In this document: piece by piece, positions 60,953 through 64,000 of the stretch | Layout: each line of letters opens with the position of its first letter | Numbering within the stretch: position 1 is the stretch's first letter | NCBI RefSeq assembly: GCF_041146345.1 | Contig: NW_027191413.1 | Coordinates: 1,984,001-2,048,000, forward strand | From: Neodothiora populina | Lineage: Eukaryota | DNA length: 64,000 nt | Reading direction: 5' to 3' | Made by a program: the position numbers and the translations under genes | Notes under the pieces: model-generated | The model's input: the letters and a program-made list of their open reading frames with translations, nothing else | What the model was told of the DNA's origin: nothing | Databases searched by the model: none

Positions 60953-63322
60953 TCATCGCTGAGGAGTAGCAGAAGAAGACGTCCTCGACCGAATAGACCG
61001 AGGCGAAGCGACGATACTCTCCGCCCGAATCGGTCCCATGTCTTCTTCCTCTTCGTCATACTCCTCGTCTTCGTCGACTTCCCGTTCTTCTTCGTCGCCA
61101 TCGTCGTGGATGTAATCGTCTGGATCCTCGACGGACTCCATAATCGACTCCTCCAGATTCTCCACCTCGCTGTCTCGCGTCCTGGCTTCGGAGAGATAAC
61201 TCTCGCCCATGGCGTCGCCTTCGTCTTCGCTGCTTCGTCGACTCTGGTCGTATCGACCGTCGTCATCGTCGTCATCGGAGTCGCTTTCCGAATCCGAAAA
61301 GTCGGCAAGGTCCAGCGTCTTCTCCCGCCAGTAGTTGAAATCTGTAAACTCTTCGCCACCGCCTTTGACCAAAAGACTGACAGGCGGGAAATAGTGGTCC
61401 ACAATCTCGCGCATGCTGACATACCCCGTCTTGTATTTGTTCAGTGTCAACAAGTCAAGAGACACCTCGGCGTTGGAATTGATGGTGAATATTCGTGTGC
61501 TGGGGATGTTGACGGAGCGATATGATAAAGCATCTGTCAGACGATTTCCAAACCCTGCGTAAAAGGGCGAGCCGCCTCTGCCACGGCTTCCGCCTACTAA
61601 TCCATTGACGGCGTCCTTTGAAGTCGTAGGTCCTGCCGTGGCGGCGTTGTTGCTTCCCCCTGACCCAGTGAAGAGAGCCATGATGTCTCGCAGACACGCC
61701 ATCTTGAAGACTTCAGGTTTCCGAAGATAGACCTCTCGTCGCAGCGCGGCCATTGTGCGGTCTGGACTCATGATGACGGGTCCTTTGGGTAGCCTAAACC
61801 CACCATCTTGCACGACGCCCCGGAGATAGCCGCGGGTCGTGTCTGCTTGCCCGACCGATCTCGAGGTGAGATACAGAAGGTTGTAGCCGTTGGCGGCAAT
61901 GTCGGTGTATAGCTTCGCCACGCCGAGATGCGTCCAGTCACGTCCGATCATGTTGAGCACATGACCTAGCGCGTCCGACTTTGTGATGGTGCCATCGATG
62001 TCGGAGATAACAATGGGCACGTCGTACTTCCAGCGATATATATTAGCTGTGCACGTGGCACGGTTGACGCTGAAGCTCATGCTGTTCGCGCCAGACTTGA
62101 GATTCAGAGAGTGCAGTTGATCGCTGGTCAGACGCAACGTCTTTGCATAATTGCGGTTCGGGTCTCCGGCGGTAGGTGTATCTGCTGATGTAGTGGGAGG
62201 CGACGAGCCGAGAGCGCTGTCAGAGTCACGTCGTAGCTGTGAACTCATATAAGGAGCGCTGACCTGGCTTCGAGCATCATCGCTAGCATAACCCGGGTCA
62301 GAGAGATTGTCGGCTGAAGTGAAGCCAGCATGCTGCAAGGTGCCCATTGCGTTTGCAGCCTTTGCATTCGCCTTGTCTCGGGCTTCTTCGCTGCCGTATA
62401 TCCACAGGTTGCCGTTCTCGTCAGCGCCTATGAGAGAACCAATGTCGTAGTCCCCCTCAAGCTCCTCGGAAAGGATCTTGCGGGCGACGACCTCGGCACG
62501 CAAAGCTTCGTCCTCGCTGCTCTTGTATCCCGTCATATCTAGCATTATATCGCCCTTTTCCGTGACTTGAGAGGCGATGTTGGACGTCCAAAGTTTCTTT
62601 GACAGGTTGATGGCGCGAGTCATGGCGTCTTCGGAGCTCATGGGAGGCGGACTTGCGGATCGATCCGTCCTCGAGGTCGGAGCAGGTCGAGTTGACATGG
62701 CGGCTTCTACGGCAGGATAGTTGCCGCTCGCGGTTATGGACTGTTCGATGGCGGCTTTTGCTGCGGGCAAGACATCGTCGGTGACGGCACGTCCTAGGCG
62801 CGCCGGAGGCATGGCTGGATAGCCCATGTCGCTCTGCGCTCGCTGATCGTTGAACGACTGTTCGATGTCGCCCAGCGACTTGCTGTGTTGCTTGTTAGGA
62901 TCATCGGGAATGGAGAGGGCATCCGTGTCGGACTGAGGATCCAGCTCGAAAGCCGGTGGTTCATTCAGTGAGGTGGATGACGGGCTCGCGCGGACATGAG
63001 GGCTCGTGGCGGGTGAGACTAAAGGTGAAGTCTGCAGAGCTTCAGGGACGCTGGAAGTGGTTTCGAAGACGAAGAAGGCCTCGCCTCCTTCTCCCAACTT
63101 CATGGGGAAGTCGCGGCGTTCATCATTCACCCTGAACTCGACTTTCTTCTCGTAGGGCCGTAGTAGAGAGAACTTGCCAAAGCGGACATGGAAGGGTGAG
63201 CAAGCGAGCGATCCATCCTCTTGTTCGACGACGATAACGTCGATGGCGCCACTTAAGGTAGCAGGGTTGATCGAATTCCAGGTCTTGGAAACAGAGCCAG
63301 ACAAGGAACGGACGTACTGCAT
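60953..63322 (-). CDS. PAH1: Lipin/phosphatidate phosphatase
   Basis: N-LIP NPATLSGAIDVIVV..SPFHVRFGK; HAD motif DIDGT; FYAGFGNR; FNYWRE. Confidence 0.96.
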   Translation of the reverse strand: MQYVRSLSGSVSKTWNSINPATLSGAIDVIVVEQEDGSLACSPFHVRFGKFSLLRPYEKKVEFRVNDERRDFPMKLGEGGEAFFVFETTSSVPEALQTSPLVSPATSPHVRASPSSTSLNEPPAFELDPQSDTDALSIPDDPNKQHSKSLGDIEQSFNDQRAQSDMGYPAMPPARLGRAVTDDVLPAAKAAIEQSITASGNYPAVEAAMSTRPAPTSRTDRSASPPPMSSEDAMTRAINLSKKLWTSNIASQVTEKGDIMLDMTGYKSSEDEALRAEVVARKILSEELEGDYDIGSLIGADENGNLWIYGSEEARDKANAKAANAMGTLQHAGFTSADNLSDPGYASDDARSQVSAPYMSSQLRRDSDSALGSSPPTTSADTPTAGDPNRNYAKTLRLTSDQLHSLNLKSGANSMSFSVNRATCTANIYRWKYDVPIVISDIDGTITKSDALGHVLNMIGRDWTHLGVAKLYTDIAANGYNLLYLTSRSVGQADTTRGYLRGVVQDGGFRLPKGPVIMSPDRTMAALRREVYLRKPEVFKMACLRDIMALFTGSGGSNNAATAGPTTSKDAVNGLVGGSRGRGGSPFYAGFGNRLTDALSYRSVNIPSTRIFTINSNAEVSLDLLTLNKYKTGYVSMREIVDHYFPPVSLLVKGGGEEFTDFNYWREKTLDLADFSDSESDSDDDDDDGRYDQSRRSSEDEGDAMGESYLSEARTRDSEVENLEESIMESVEDPDDYIHDDGDEEEREVDEDEEYDEEEEDMGPIRAESIVASPRSIRSRTSSSATPQR

Positions 63323-64000
63323 TTCGGTGCAGATGGAGGGGTGTTGCTGTTTCTGTCAATCACAGTGTCGTAACCTCCGACGGAGATGAGACTGGTAGCG
63401 TAAAGTACGCTGTCGCTGATGTGCAGTCACAGCGGTTGCATTTCCTTTGAGAGATTTCAGCGATGCACCGAGTATTGGTAGTCTGGTGGTAAAAGCAGAT
63501 CGGACGAGATTGTCGTGTAAGAATAGCTACAGCACGGTGCTAGTGCTGGCAATAAGATAGCGAGATGGCACGATGGAAGGATAAACTAGAACCGAAATGC
63601 GGAGGGGGAAACGTCACGGCTCGGCAGACGCTATTCGGTTTATGTGTAATGGAAGCACGACGAGAGGAGGCAAGCTGAGCTAAGACCGAGGAGCCGACCG
63701 AGCAGAGTCTGTTCCTTGTGACATATGGGACAATATCAAAGAATACGAGTTAGGAGTATGTTTCTAAATTTGGGATGGAGTATTTGCGGTTGCAGGCAAC
63801 AGTTTAAATGGAAAGAACGCTCATCTGGCGATGAACTGTTGAGAAGAGCAGCTGACGGAGGTACAGTACCTTGGCCAAGGTACGGTAGCTTGTACAAGGT
63901 ATCGTATGTGTTTTGGGCACCCGGTTGATATCAGCTTCAACAAAGGGAGATACAGCGACGTCGAGTAGTGATACGGCTGCTCCTATCGTACACTGATTGA

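Noticed and set aside
1..64000. tRNA, rRNA, intact transposon or secondary-metabolite cluster
   Set aside because: I saw no T-loop cloverleaf, rRNA signature, transposase/RT motif or PKS/NRPS by eye; tRNAscan-SE and Rfam were not run.

Overview
This is a gene-dense 64-kb window of a filamentous ascomycete genome. Short GT-AG introns with CTRAY branch points point to Pezizomycotina, and the protein content suggests a Dothideomycete (inference). About 23 protein genes can be reconstructed. Core genes: a 5'-truncated conserved fungal gene, DML1/Misato, LHS1, a membrane J-protein, RPA43, a BTB-like protein, DUS1, PAN3, a UBX protein, URA3/pyrG, GCD1 (eIF2B-gamma), SWD1, RPB1, THG1, TMA23-like and PAH1/lipin. 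More accessory genes: a repeat-rich GPI/PIR cell-wall protein, the divergent FET3/FTR1 iron-uptake pair with two SreA-type ATCTGATAA sites, a vWA protein, an MFS transporter and two tandem divergent protein-kinase paralogs. I found no tRNA, rRNA, CRISPR array or intact transposon. The most notable observations are: (1) the tandem kinases, one with 8 exons (a 20-nt catalytic-loop micro-exon and an intron bounded by an 8-bp direct repeat) and one intronless; (2) an AUG-free, multi-hairpin ~350-nt RPB1 leader containing AATAAA; (3) the heptamer TACWGTA, seen 24 times and only in non-coding DNA; (4) an RPB1 terminal intron whose spliced and retained forms both end in SPK. All exon models were read by eye, and gene identities come from motif recognition, not database searches.
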